From assembly GCA_965243025.1 (NCBI GenBank), contig CBDETY010000003.1, positions 2,752,001 through 2,816,000 on the forward strand: a DNA stretch of 64,000 nucleotides, in the 5' to 3' direction. The notes beneath the pieces were generated by a model. The model saw nothing but the letters and a program-made list of their open reading frames with translations. It ran no database searches and was not told where the DNA came from. The translations under genes and the position numbers were made by a program. Shown piece by piece: positions 1 to 9,399 of the stretch. How positions within the stretch are numbered: position 1 is the stretch's first letter; every line of letters begins with the position of its first letter. The DNA is from Candidatus Latescibacterota bacterium. Lineage in GTDB: Bacteria; Latescibacterota; UBA2968; UBA8231.

Positions 1-312
1 ATGCTCATCATCTACGACGGCCTCGACCGCTTCGAGGAATGGCGCTCCGACCAGTCGAACATCGAAGCCGTGGAGATCGTCGTCGCCGATGTCGACGGGG
101 ACGACGCCGAGGAGATCGTGCTCAACGACGGGTTCGTCTTCGACGCGCGCTTCGGCGACCTGGAGTGGCAGTCCCCCGAGTCGTTCGGAGAGCGCCTGGG
201 AACCCTCGATCTCGACAACGACGGAATCGTCGAGCTGATCGGGGAGTTCCCCGGCGGCCAGCTGCGCATATTCGACGTCGACCTGAGGCGCCAGAAAGCA
301 ATCCGTCATTGA
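1..312 (+). CDS. 3' end of an FG-GAP/VCBS-like repeat protein (probably truncated by the window edge)
   Basis: Two Ca-binding loop motifs, VADVDGDDAEEIV and TLDLDNDGIVELI, typical of FG-GAP beta-propeller blades. The ATG at position 1 is probably internal. Confidence 0.6.
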   Translation: MLIIYDGLDRFEEWRSDQSNIEAVEIVVADVDGDDAEEIVLNDGFVFDARFGDLEWQSPESFGERLGTLDLDNDGIVELIGEFPGGQLRIFDVDLRRQKAIRH

Positions 313-421
313 CCGGCGCCGGCACCCGGTCCAGCCGGTGACTTTCACGACCACCCGGTCCCCGGCCTCGCCCCGGGCTGAACAAGCTTCCTGAGGGGAA
401 GCCTTCTCCTGTCGGCTGCTA

Positions 422-451
422 TTGACAGTCGCCGGAGCGCCCATCTACTTA
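422..451 (+). promoter_or_regulatory. Candidate sigma70 promoter for the oxidoreductase/isomerase/dppAB run
   Basis: TTGACA at 422-427 and TACTTA at 446-451 (18-nt spacer), upstream of GGGAG RBS and ATG 535. Confidence 0.4.
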
Positions 452-534
452 AGCCCGCCGGCCTTACCGCTTCACGCACCTGCCCTTCCTCCACCCGGAG
501 GGAGAATCCGCTTCCCCCGACCAGGGAGTCCCCC

Positions 535-1707
535 ATGCCGAAACAGATCAACGTCGGACTCGTCGGCTACCAGTTCATGGGCAAGGCCCACAGCCACGCC
601 TACAAGGACATGGGCTTCTTCTTCCCCGATGCCGGGGCGATGCCGGTAATGAAGGCCCTTTGCGGCCGCAACCGGGAGGCCGTGCAGGCCGCCGCCGACC
701 AGTTCGGCTGGGAAGAGGTGGAGACGAGCTGGAAACGCCTCGTGCAGCGGGAGGACATCGACCTCGTCGACGTGTCGACGCCGGGAAACACCCACGCCGA
801 CATCGCCATCGCCGCCGCGGAGAACGGCAAGCACCTGTTCTGCGAGAAACCGCTGGCCAACAACCTCTCCGAGGCCCGGGCCATGCTCGCGGCGGTGAAG
901 AAAGCCAGGGTCAAGCACATGGTGGCCTACAACTACCGGCGCGTCCCGGCGGTGGCCCTTGCGAAGCGGATCATCGACGAGGGGCGCCTCGGGGAGATCT
1001 ACCACTGGCGCGCCGTCTACCTCCAGGACTGGATCATCGATCCGGACTTCCCGCTCGTCTGGCGGCTGCAGAAGAGCAAGGCCGGCTCCGGGCCGCACGG
1101 AGACCTCAACGCCCACATCATCGACCTCGCCCATTACCTCGTCGGGGACATCACCGAGGTCGTCGGGGCCGACGCGACGTTCATCAGGGAGCGGCCCCTG
1201 GCCGAGGAGACAGACGCCTCGCTCGGCGCCTCGCGCGGCAGGACGAGGAAGAAAGGCAGGGTGACCGTCGACGACGCGACCCTCTTTCTCGCCCGCTTCA
1301 GGAACGGCGCCCTGGGATCCTTCGAGGCGACCCGCTTTGCCGCCGGCAGGCGCAACCACAACCGTTTCGAGATCAACGGCAGCAAGGGCTCGCTCAGCTT
1401 CAACCTCGAGAAGATGAACGAGCTGCAGTTCTACGACCGCGACGACCCCGGCCACCTGCAGGGGTTTCGCGAGATCATCGTCAACGAAGGGGGGGCGCAC
1501 CCCTACATGGATGCCTGGTGGCCCCCGGGACACATCATCGGTTGGGAGCACACCTTCATCCACGAGGTATACGACCTGATGCAGGCGATAGCATCCAACG
1601 GGAAGGTGCATCCGGATTTCGCCGACGGAGTCAAGGCGCAGGCGGTGCTCGAGGCGGTATCGCTTTCGGCGAAGGAACGCGGCTGGATCCGCATCCGGGA
1701 CCTTTAG
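535..1707 (+). CDS. Gfo/Idh/MocA family oxidoreductase
   Basis: N-terminal [12 protein letters not shown] Rossmann motif, CEKPLA motif, GDLNAHIID catalytic region. Confidence 0.93.
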   Translation: MPKQINVGLVGYQFMGKAHSHAYKDMGFFFPDAGAMPVMKALCGRNREAVQAAADQFGWEEVETSWKRLVQREDIDLVDVSTPGNTHADIAIAAAENGKHLFCEKPLANNLSEARAMLAAVKKARVKHMVAYNYRRVPAVALAKRIIDEGRLGEIYHWRAVYLQDWIIDPDFPLVWRLQKSKAGSGPHGDLNAHIIDLAHYLVGDITEVVGADATFIRERPLAEETDASLGASRGRTRKKGRVTVDDATLFLARFRNGALGSFEATRFAAGRRNHNRFEINGSKGSLSFNLEKMNELQFYDRDDPGHLQGFREIIVNEGGAHPYMDAWWPPGHIIGWEHTFIHEVYDLMQAIASNGKVHPDFADGVKAQAVLEAVSLSAKERGWIRIRDL

Positions 1708-1730
1708 GAAATCACGAAGCGGAGAACATC

Positions 1731-2723
1731 ATGGCGCGACCTGTCACACTGTTCACCGGCCAATGGGCCGATCTCGACATCAGGACCATGTGCGAAAAGG
1801 CGGTCTCGTTCGGATACGACGGGCTGGAGCTGGCCTGCTGGGGAGACCACTTCGAGGTCGACAAGGCGGACGACGAGTACTGCCGGGCCAGGCGGGCGCT
1901 GCTCGAAGAGCACGGCCTGCAGCTGTTTTCCATTTCCGCCCACCTCGTCGGGCAGGCGGTGTGCGACAACATCGACGGCCGTCACGAGGCGATCCTGCCG
2001 CCCCACGTCTGGGGGGACGGGGATCCGGAAGGAGTGCGCGAGCGCGCCGCCGCGGAGTTGATCGCCTCCGCCCATGCAGCCTCCCGCCTCGGCGTCGACG
2101 TCGTCAACGGGTTCACCGGCAGTCCGATCTGGCACCTGCTGTACTCGTTTCCCCCCACGCCTCCCGAAATGATCGATGACGGGTTCGCCGGGTTCGGGAC
2201 CCGGTTCAAGCCGATCATGGACGAGTTCGAGAAGGCGGGGGTGAAGTTCGCCCTCGAGGTCCACCCCACCGAAATCGCCTTCGACACCGCTTCGGCGGAG
2301 CGCGCCGTCGCCGCCCTGGACGGGCATCCGGCGTTCGGCTTCAACTACGATCCGAGCCACCTCGGTTACCAGGGCGTCGACTACGTCGAATTCATCTACC
2401 GCTTCGCGGAGCGGATCTTCCACGTGCACATGAAGGACGTCGCCTGGTCGGCAACTCCGACCGATGCCGGGGTGTTCGGCGGCCACGTCGAATTCGGCGA
2501 CCGCAGGCGCTACTGGGACTTCCGCTCCCTCGGCAGGGGCAACATCGACTTCGAGGAGATCATCCGCGCCCTCAACCGCATCGACTACAGGGGGCCGCTC
2601 TCGGTCGAATGGGAGGACGGCGGCATGGACCGCGAGCACGGCGCCGCCGAGGCCTGCGCCTTCGTCAAGGAAGTGGATTTCGAGCCGTCCGCGGCGGCGT
2701 TCGACGCCGCCTTCTCCGAGTGA
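1731..2723 (+). CDS. Sugar phosphate isomerase/epimerase (xylose isomerase-like TIM barrel, IolE/IolI-like)
   Basis: Starts [15 protein letters not shown] after a GGAG RBS; metal motifs [26 protein letters not shown]. Confidence 0.9.
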   Translation: MARPVTLFTGQWADLDIRTMCEKAVSFGYDGLELACWGDHFEVDKADDEYCRARRALLEEHGLQLFSISAHLVGQAVCDNIDGRHEAILPPHVWGDGDPEGVRERAAAELIASAHAASRLGVDVVNGFTGSPIWHLLYSFPPTPPEMIDDGFAGFGTRFKPIMDEFEKAGVKFALEVHPTEIAFDTASAERAVAALDGHPAFGFNYDPSHLGYQGVDYVEFIYRFAERIFHVHMKDVAWSATPTDAGVFGGHVEFGDRRRYWDFRSLGRGNIDFEEIIRALNRIDYRGPLSVEWEDGGMDREHGAAEACAFVKEVDFEPSAAAFDAAFSE

Positions 2724-2842
2724 GACGGCAACCCGTTTCCGCAGCTTCCACCCCGCGGCCCCGGTTCCCGTTCCGGAACGCCGCCCAGGCCGGGGCTTCC
2801 ACCCCCCTTCCCCGCAGCAACGCCCCTTTTTCCGGGCAGGGT

Positions 2843-4399
2843 CTGTTTCGCATCTGTCTCTTTCTGTTGGCCGCCCTGCTGCTGGCAGGGTGCGCGCGCG
2901 AGGCCGGCCAGGTCCTGGTCTTCGGCCGCGGTTCCGACTCCGTCGGCCTCGACCCGGCCCTGGAGGGTGACGGGGAGTCCTTCAAGGTCTGCGACAACAT
3001 CTACGAGAACCTGGTCACATACGGGGAAGGCTCGACCACGGTGGTCCCGCAGCTGGCGGAAAGCTGGGATGTCTCCGCCGACCGCCTCACCTGGACCTTC
3101 CACCTGCGCACCGGGGTGCGCTTCCACGACGGCACCCCCTTCAATGCCGAGGCGATGCTGTTCTCCCTTGCCCGCCAGGGAGATGAAGAGCACCCCTACC
3201 ACAAGGTGGAGGGGGCCTACAACTACTGGAACAACATGGGCATGAGCGACATCGTCGCGTCGATGGAAGCCGCCGACGACTCGACCTTCGTCATGCGCCT
3301 CGCCGAGCCGAACGCCACTTTTCTCGCGACCCTGGGGATGAACTTCTGCGCCGCCGTCAGCCCTGCGGCGGTGGCAGAGCACGGCCCGGATTTCTTCAAG
3401 AACCCCGTCGGCACCGGGCCGTTCAGGTTCGTCGAATGGCGCAAGGACGAGCGCATCGTCCTCGACCGCAACGAGGGCTACTGGGGCGAGCCGCCTGCAC
3501 TGAAGCGCCTGATCTTCCGGCCGATACAGGACGCCTCGGTCCGTTTCCTCGAGCTCAGGACGGGAGCCATCCAGGGGATCGACAACGTCAGCCCCGAGTT
3601 CATCGAGACCATCCGCGGCAACCCCGACCTTCAGCTCCTGACCCAGCCCGGCATGAACGTCGGCTACCTGGCGATGAACATGGACCGGCCCCCGTTCGAC
3701 AACCGCCTCGTCCGCGTCGCCCTCAACTGCGCCATCGACAAACAGGCCCTGGTCGACAACTTCTACTCGGGCCTGGCAGTTCCGGCGAAGAACCCGCTGC
3801 CGCCGCTGATGTGGGGGTACGACGACAGCGTCGAGCCGTATCCCTTCGACCCCGAGCGGGCGCGCAGGCTGCTCGCCGAGGCCGGGTTTCCCGACGGCTT
3901 CGAGACCGAGCTCTGGGCGATGCCGGCGCCGCGGCCCTACATGCCCCAGCCGGAAAAGATCGCCGTCGCCATCAAGGCCAACCTCGACGCCGTCGGCGTC
4001 AGGGCCAAGATCGTGCGCTGGGAGTGGGGCACCTACCTCGACAAGGTGTTCGCCGGCGAGCACCCGATGTGCCTTCTCGGATGGACCGGGGACAACGGCG
4101 ACCCCGACAACTTCCTCTACGTCCTGCTCGACAAGACCGCCGCGGTCAAGCCGGCCAACAACGTCTCCTTCTACCGCAGCGACCCCCTGCACGAGCTGCT
4201 CGTCGCCGCCCGGCGCAGCGGCGACATGGCCGAGCGCACCGCCCTCTACAGGAAGGCGCAGCAGATAATCCACGCCGATGCCCCTTGGGTCCCGCTGGTG
4301 CATGCCACCCAGACCGCGGCCTTCCGGTCGAACGTGCGCGGCTTCGCGCTGCATCCGACCGGCAGCAAGTGGTTCCACCGCGTAGTCCTGGCGAACTGA
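2843..4399 (+). CDS. dppA: Dipeptide/oligopeptide ABC transporter substrate-binding lipoprotein (SBP family 5); start uncertain
   Basis: Lipobox LLLAGC; LAESWDVSADRLTWTFHLRTGVRFHDGTPF family-5 signature; PVGTGPF; GWTGDNGDPDNFL as in DppA. The ORF-track start at 2609 overlaps the upstream gene. Confidence 0.9.
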   Translation: MFRICLFLLAALLLAGCAREAGQVLVFGRGSDSVGLDPALEGDGESFKVCDNIYENLVTYGEGSTTVVPQLAESWDVSADRLTWTFHLRTGVRFHDGTPFNAEAMLFSLARQGDEEHPYHKVEGAYNYWNNMGMSDIVASMEAADDSTFVMRLAEPNATFLATLGMNFCAAVSPAAVAEHGPDFFKNPVGTGPFRFVEWRKDERIVLDRNEGYWGEPPALKRLIFRPIQDASVRFLELRTGAIQGIDNVSPEFIETIRGNPDLQLLTQPGMNVGYLAMNMDRPPFDNRLVRVALNCAIDKQALVDNFYSGLAVPAKNPLPPLMWGYDDSVEPYPFDPERARRLLAEAGFPDGFETELWAMPAPRPYMPQPEKIAVAIKANLDAVGVRAKIVRWEWGTYLDKVFAGEHPMCLLGWTGDNGDPDNFLYVLLDKTAAVKPANNVSFYRSDPLHELLVAARRSGDMAERTALYRKAQQIIHADAPWVPLVHATQTAAFRSNVRGFALHPTGSKWFHRVVLAN

Positions 4400-4433
4400 A
4401 CGGCTCCCGGGAGCCGATTGCGGAAGCACCCCG

Positions 4434-5441
4434 TTGACCGGGTTCATCCTGCGGCGGCTGGCGCTGCTGGTGCCGACGCTGATCGGGATATCCTTCCTGG
4501 TGTTCCTGATGATCCACCTGGTTCCCGGGGACCCGGCGCAGATCATGCTCGGGGAGCGCGCCGACGCCGCCAGCATCGAGGCGCTGCGCCTCGAGATGGG
4601 GCTCGATCAACCCTTCCACGTGCAGTTCGCCCGCTACTTCGGCAACCTCCTGCGCGGCGACCTCGGCCGCTCCTTCCGCACCCACGAGCTGATCAGCACC
4701 GAGATCCTCGAGCGCTTCCCCGCAACCTGCGAACTGACCCTTGCGGCGATGGTGATCGCCGTCGCCGGCGGCATCGGCCTCGGGGTTCTCGCCTCCCTGG
4801 CGCAGGGAAAGGCCGCCGACTACGTCAGCATGGTGGCGGCCACGGCAGGCATCTCGATGCCGGTCTTCTGGCTCGGACTGATGCTGATGCTGCTGCTGGC
4901 CGTGCAGTTTCCCCTGTTCCCGGTGTCCGGGCGCCTGGGCGCCGCGGTCCAGGTCGAGGCGATCACCGGATTCTACCTCCTCGACGCGGTCCTCGGCGCC
5001 AACTTGGAGGGGTTCGCCGATGCGCTCTGGCACCTCGCGCTGCCTGCCCTCACCCTGGCGACGATCCCCCTCGCCTTCATTGCGCGGATGACCCGAGCCA
5101 GCCTGCTCGAGGTCCTCGGGGAGGAGTACGTGCGCACCGCCCGGGCAAAGGGTCTGCCGCCGCGGCCCGTCGTTCTCCGCCACGCCTTGAGGAACGCCTT
5201 CGTGCCGACCCTGACGGTGATCGCCCTCCAATTCGGCTACCTGCTGGGAGGCGCCGTCATCACCGAGACCATCTTCGCCTGGCCCGGGTTGGGCCGCTGG
5301 GTCTTCCTGGCGGTGCAGGCGCGCGACTTCCGCGCCGTTCAGGGAGGGGTGCTGCTGCTGGCGACGGTGTTCATGCTCGTCAACCTGATCGCCGACATCC
5401 TCTACGCCTGCCTCGACCCGCGCATCCGCTACCGCCGCTGA
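4434..5441 (+). CDS. dppB: Dipeptide ABC transporter permease, DppB/OppB type
   Basis: PGDPA, GLDQP, GDLGRS, EYVRTARAKGL (EAA loop), ETIFAWPGLG, C-terminal DPRIR. Confidence 0.93.
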   Translation: MTGFILRRLALLVPTLIGISFLVFLMIHLVPGDPAQIMLGERADAASIEALRLEMGLDQPFHVQFARYFGNLLRGDLGRSFRTHELISTEILERFPATCELTLAAMVIAVAGGIGLGVLASLAQGKAADYVSMVAATAGISMPVFWLGLMLMLLLAVQFPLFPVSGRLGAAVQVEAITGFYLLDAVLGANLEGFADALWHLALPALTLATIPLAFIARMTRASLLEVLGEEYVRTARAKGLPPRPVVLRHALRNAFVPTLTVIALQFGYLLGGAVITETIFAWPGLGRWVFLAVQARDFRAVQGGVLLLATVFMLVNLIADILYACLDPRIRYRR

Positions 5442-5511
5442 GAACAGCTCCCGACCCGAGGTGTCGCCGACGGGCACCGGCCGCTGCCCCGGCCGGCATT
5501 TTTCAACGGCG

Positions 5512-6264
5512 TCAGGGCGTCGGGCCCGAAACAACGACCCTGTAACTGCGCACCTCGATCTCCAGGGTCGCCTCCGGCTGCACGATGCGCACCAGCCCCG
5601 GCAGATACAGGGGGACGGACGCGGCCCCCGGCAGGGGAATCTCGCGGTAGCGCTCCAGGTCGCGGCGCCAGGTAAACCCGCTGGCGGCGACCGACTCCTC
5701 GCGAAACACGAAGCCGCGGTGGAGATCTGCCCATATCGAGCGGCGGCCCCGCTCACCGCTTACCGTGGCGACGACGCGGTCCCCCCTCGGATGGGACAGG
5801 GACGGCACCTCGTGCGGCTGCCACGGGGCGACGATGCCGAACAGCAGGTAGCGCAGGTCGTACTCCCCGAGGTCGAGAAAGGGAAGGTAGCGGAGCAGCC
5901 CCCGGGATGTCGTTCCGCGCCAGCTGCCGCCACCGTCGTCGACCTCCATCGAATCCCCGCGCACTACCGCGGAGAGGATCTGCCTGAACAGCGGATCCCT
6001 GACCTCCAGCCGCAACTCGCGCGGTCTGCGGTAGAGGATGGCGGCGGTCGCCCTGCCGCTCCCCTCGGGGCCGCTGAACCTGATCGACGCCTCCGCGGTA
6101 AGGCCTTCGAGCTGCTCGAAGCTCCGCTGCGACAACGCCAGCAGCTCGCCTACGTCCGCGCCCGACTGCCAGCCCTGGCGGGGCGTGCGCGGGGCGCATG
6201 CCAGCAGCCCGGCGATGCCGAGGAGAAGGAAGAGAGCTCGTGTTGCCGGCAAGGGAACAGGCAC
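5512..6264 (-). CDS. Putative lipoprotein, LolB/DUF4292-like fold; start approximate
   Basis: Lipobox GLLAC followed by a beta-rich mature region (LRLEVRDPLFRQI). It lies directly downstream of a TPR lipoprotein, an arrangement typical of TPR-lolB/DUF4292 pairs. Confidence 0.55.
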   Translation of the reverse strand: MPVPLPATRALFLLLGIAGLLACAPRTPRQGWQSGADVGELLALSQRSFEQLEGLTAEASIRFSGPEGSGRATAAILYRRPRELRLEVRDPLFRQILSAVVRGDSMEVDDGGGSWRGTTSRGLLRYLPFLDLGEYDLRYLLFGIVAPWQPHEVPSLSHPRGDRVVATVSGERGRRSIWADLHRGFVFREESVAASGFTWRRDLERYREIPLPGAASVPLYLPGLVRIVQPEATLEIEVRSYRVVVSGPTP

Positions 6265-6299
6265 CAGGTGGGCGAAAGCGAAAAACCTGTCGGCGGCCT

Positions 6300-8228
6300 T
6301 CAGGGGACCTCGGCCCCGAGCTTGCGCCGCAGGCCCTCGTCGTCCGGCGTCAGCTCGAGGGCGCGCCGCCAGTGGGAGGCCGCCTCGTCCTGCTTTCCGA
6401 GCGCGCTGGCGATGTCGCCGGCGTGATCGTAGATGACCGCCAGTTCCTCGTCCTCCTGATCGACGAGCCGCTCGATCGCCTTGGCGAGGAAGCGCTCGGC
6501 CTTCTCGAACTCCCCGAGGCGGTAGTAGGCCCATCCCAGGCTGTCGAGGAAGGCCCCGTTGCCGGGATCTATGGCCACGGCGCGGATCAGCAGGCCGACT
6601 GCTTCCTCGAGATGGATGCCCCGCTCCGCGTACATGTACCCGAGGTAGTTGAGGGCGTATGCGTCTCCGGGATCGAGCTCGATCAGGCGTTGGAAGGCGG
6701 CGATGGCCGCATCGAAGTGAGCCGCCGAGTCGGGCTGGCTGCGCGACGCCTGCTCGAGACAGCTGCCGAGGTAGAACAGCGGAACCGTGTCAGAGCTGTC
6801 GAGCCCGGTCGCCTGCCTCAGCTTCTGTATCGCCTCGTCCCAGCGCCCCAGGTTCTCCAGGGCGATGCCGGAGTGCATGTAGGCCTCACCGAGGACGGCG
6901 TCGTCGGCCGCCTCCCCGGCAGCCTTGTCGAAGAGTTCGAGCGCCTCGAGCCAGCGTTCCTGGCGGCCGAGGACGATTCCCCAGCGTATGAACATCGGCC
7001 CCGGCAGAGCTCCGGCGGCCAGGCCGTGGCGGTAGACCTCGATCGCCTCCTCGTACTGCTCCTGCCGTTCGTGGACGTAGCCCCAGCGCTCGAGCAGATC
7101 GACGTTGCCGGGCTGCCGCTCCAGTCCGCGCCGGAAGGTGGCGGCCGCCTCGTCGTAACGTTCCTGGCGGGCCAGGGCCTGCCCCCAGAACAGGTAGAGA
7201 TCGACGCTGTCCGGCATCGCCTCGACGGCTTCGCCCAAAAGCTTGTCCACGCGCTCGTGGTCCTCGAGGTGCAGGTAGTATCGCGCCGGGTCGAGCCAGG
7301 CCTCGACGCTGGCGGGCTGCAGGCCGACGATGCGCTCGAAAACTGTCGCCGCGAGCTCGTATCGCTCCGCCGCGGCCAGTGCTTCGCCGAGCCGGTACAG
7401 GAACTTGGGATCCGCCTCCTCGAAGCGGGACAGATCCTCGGGGCCCTCGAGCAGGCGCGCGAGTTCCCACATGATCCCCGGGTTTTCCGGAAGGTGATGC
7501 GCCGCGGCGACGAAATACTCGATGCCCCCGTCGCGGTCCCCCCGGGCGAGGTGAATCTCCGCCAGACCGATCCAGGCTTCCTCCGCGCCGGGGTTTTCCC
7601 CGAGGATCCCCCGGAAGATCCCCTCGGCTTTTTCCGGGCGGCCGCTGCGCGAAAGCGTGAACGCTATGTTGACGCGGATGTCCTCGGGGGTGTCCTCCCG
7701 CGACAGGAGATCGTCGAAGAGCCGGTCGATGCGGCCGGTCTCCCCCATTTCCTGGTAGAGACGCGCCAGGTGGGAGTAGAGCGGCCACCGGGCGGGCTGG
7801 CGTGCGATCAGCTGCTCGAGATGGACCGCCGCGGCCCCGAAGTTGCCCGCCGATTCGTACCAGCGGATCAGCTGCAACCGCAACTCGTCGAGGTCCGGGT
7901 CGAGCTCGAGCGCCCTGGCCGCAAACACGATCGCCTGCTCGTAATCCTCGATCTTCTCGTAGTTGTCGGCGAGGCGCGAGTAGATGGTCGGCGACGTCGG
8001 ATCGAGGTCGGCGGCGCTGCGCAGGGCGACAATGGCCCCCAGCGGGTTCTCCTGTTGCTCGAACACTTTCGCCTGCACGAAATACTGCATCGCCCGATCG
8101 GCCTGACGCGACTGCTCCCCTTCCCCCGCCCCGCCCCTGAAACCCGGCCACACGGCGGCGCAGCCTCCGAGGGAACAGTTCGCGGCCACTGCCGCGCTCC
8201 AAATGAAGATCCGGCCGCCCCAGCTCAC
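6300..8228 (-). CDS. Tetratricopeptide-repeat (lipo)protein
   Basis: GTG start overlaps the dppC stop (GTGA); possible lipobox LGGC; many TPRs, ending with the typical ALNYLGYMYAERG...FLDSLGWAYYRLG...IYDHAGD. Confidence 0.9.
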   Translation of the reverse strand: MSWGGRIFIWSAAVAANCSLGGCAAVWPGFRGGAGEGEQSRQADRAMQYFVQAKVFEQQENPLGAIVALRSAADLDPTSPTIYSRLADNYEKIEDYEQAIVFAARALELDPDLDELRLQLIRWYESAGNFGAAAVHLEQLIARQPARWPLYSHLARLYQEMGETGRIDRLFDDLLSREDTPEDIRVNIAFTLSRSGRPEKAEGIFRGILGENPGAEEAWIGLAEIHLARGDRDGGIEYFVAAAHHLPENPGIMWELARLLEGPEDLSRFEEADPKFLYRLGEALAAAERYELAATVFERIVGLQPASVEAWLDPARYYLHLEDHERVDKLLGEAVEAMPDSVDLYLFWGQALARQERYDEAAATFRRGLERQPGNVDLLERWGYVHERQEQYEEAIEVYRHGLAAGALPGPMFIRWGIVLGRQERWLEALELFDKAAGEAADDAVLGEAYMHSGIALENLGRWDEAIQKLRQATGLDSSDTVPLFYLGSCLEQASRSQPDSAAHFDAAIAAFQRLIELDPGDAYALNYLGYMYAERGIHLEEAVGLLIRAVAIDPGNGAFLDSLGWAYYRLGEFEKAERFLAKAIERLVDQEDEELAVIYDHAGDIASALGKQDEAASHWRRALELTPDDEGLRRKLGAEVP

Positions 8229-9091
8229 GCCCCGGTCTCCGCGGTGAGGCCATCCCCGGCGCGCGGATCGAGGAGGTCGCGGAGTCCGTCGCCGAAGAGG
8301 TTGAACCCGAGAGCGACGACGAAGATCGCCAGACCGGGGAATACCATCACCCAGGGCGCCACGATCAGCAGTTCGCGCCCGCTGTTCAACATCGCCCCCC
8401 ATTCGGGGGCCGGGGGCTGGGCTCCCAGTCCGAGAAAGCTGAGCCCGGCCGCGTCGAGGATGGCGGTAGCGAGGCTCAGGCTGCCCTGGACTATCAGGGG
8501 TGCCATGCAGTTCGGCAGGATGGCGCGCAGCACGATGCGCCGGTGCCCCGCTCCCAGAGCCCTCGCCGCCTCGACGTAAGGCATCTGCGCCACCGCGAGA
8601 ACCGTCGCCCGCATCAGGCGCGCGAACTGCGGAACGAGCACGATGCCGACCGCCAGGATCGCGTTGTCGATGCCCGGTCCGATGACGGAGACCACCGCGA
8701 TGGCCAGCAGGATGCTGGGAAAGGCGAGCATCAGGTCGACCACCCTCATCAGGGCGGTGTCGACAGCGCCGCCGAAGTAGCCGGCAGTCACCCCGATCAG
8801 CGTGCCCGAAGTCAGGGCGATGGCGATGCAGACGATCCCGATGCGCAGGGAGATGCGGGCACCGTAGAGGATGCGGCTGAAGATGTCGCGCCCGAACTCG
8901 TCGGTGCCGAGCGGATTCGACAGCGAGGGAGGGGCGAGCCGCTTGTAGAGGTCCTGCTCGAAAGGATCGCTGGGTGCCAGAACCGGCGCCAACAGGGCCG
9001 CGGCAACCAGCCCGGCGACGATCGCGGCTCCGCAGACGGCGAGCGGATGGCGGCGCAGGGACCGCAACGGCGAACGGCTGCTCACCCGCAC
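8225..9091 (-). CDS. dppC: Dipeptide ABC transporter permease, DppC/OppC type; start uncertain (ORF extends to 9223)
   Basis: PLGTDEFGRDIFSRILYGARISL, YVEAARALGA, LSFLGLGAQPPAPEWG, FNLFGDGLRDLLDP. Confidence 0.93.
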   Translation of the reverse strand: MRVSSRSPLRSLRRHPLAVCGAAIVAGLVAAALLAPVLAPSDPFEQDLYKRLAPPSLSNPLGTDEFGRDIFSRILYGARISLRIGIVCIAIALTSGTLIGVTAGYFGGAVDTALMRVVDLMLAFPSILLAIAVVSVIGPGIDNAILAVGIVLVPQFARLMRATVLAVAQMPYVEAARALGAGHRRIVLRAILPNCMAPLIVQGSLSLATAILDAAGLSFLGLGAQPPAPEWGAMLNSGRELLIVAPWVMVFPGLAIFVVALGFNLFGDGLRDLLDPRAGDGLTAETGA

Positions 9092-9399
9092 CGGGTCCCG
9101 GAGTTCGGCCGGGACCAGGAGGGCGGCCCCGGGGAAAGCGGAGTCATTTCCGGCATGTTGAGGAGATTTTCTTTCCGTGACGGCGCCGTCGTCCCGGGAG
9201 GACCGTCGCGCCTTGCACGCCAATCAATATAGGGGTTGCCGCCAGGGGCCGGCGGCTGAAGGACAAGACCTGTTTTGCAGGCAAAGTATGCCCGGGGGGT
9301 TACCGGTGAAACGAGTGTGGGTTCAGGAAACATGTTGCCGCAATTCGGCCCCGCTGGTACGGGACAAGCCGGCCTATCAGGGGAAAGAAATCGGATGAG

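Noticed and set aside
660-2723. 687-aa ORF as one protein, and similarly extended ORFs at 42077, 39794, 50850, 51953, 60770 and 61579
   Set aside because: The upstream extensions overlap real genes in another frame; internal starts with RBS or stop-start overlaps fit better.
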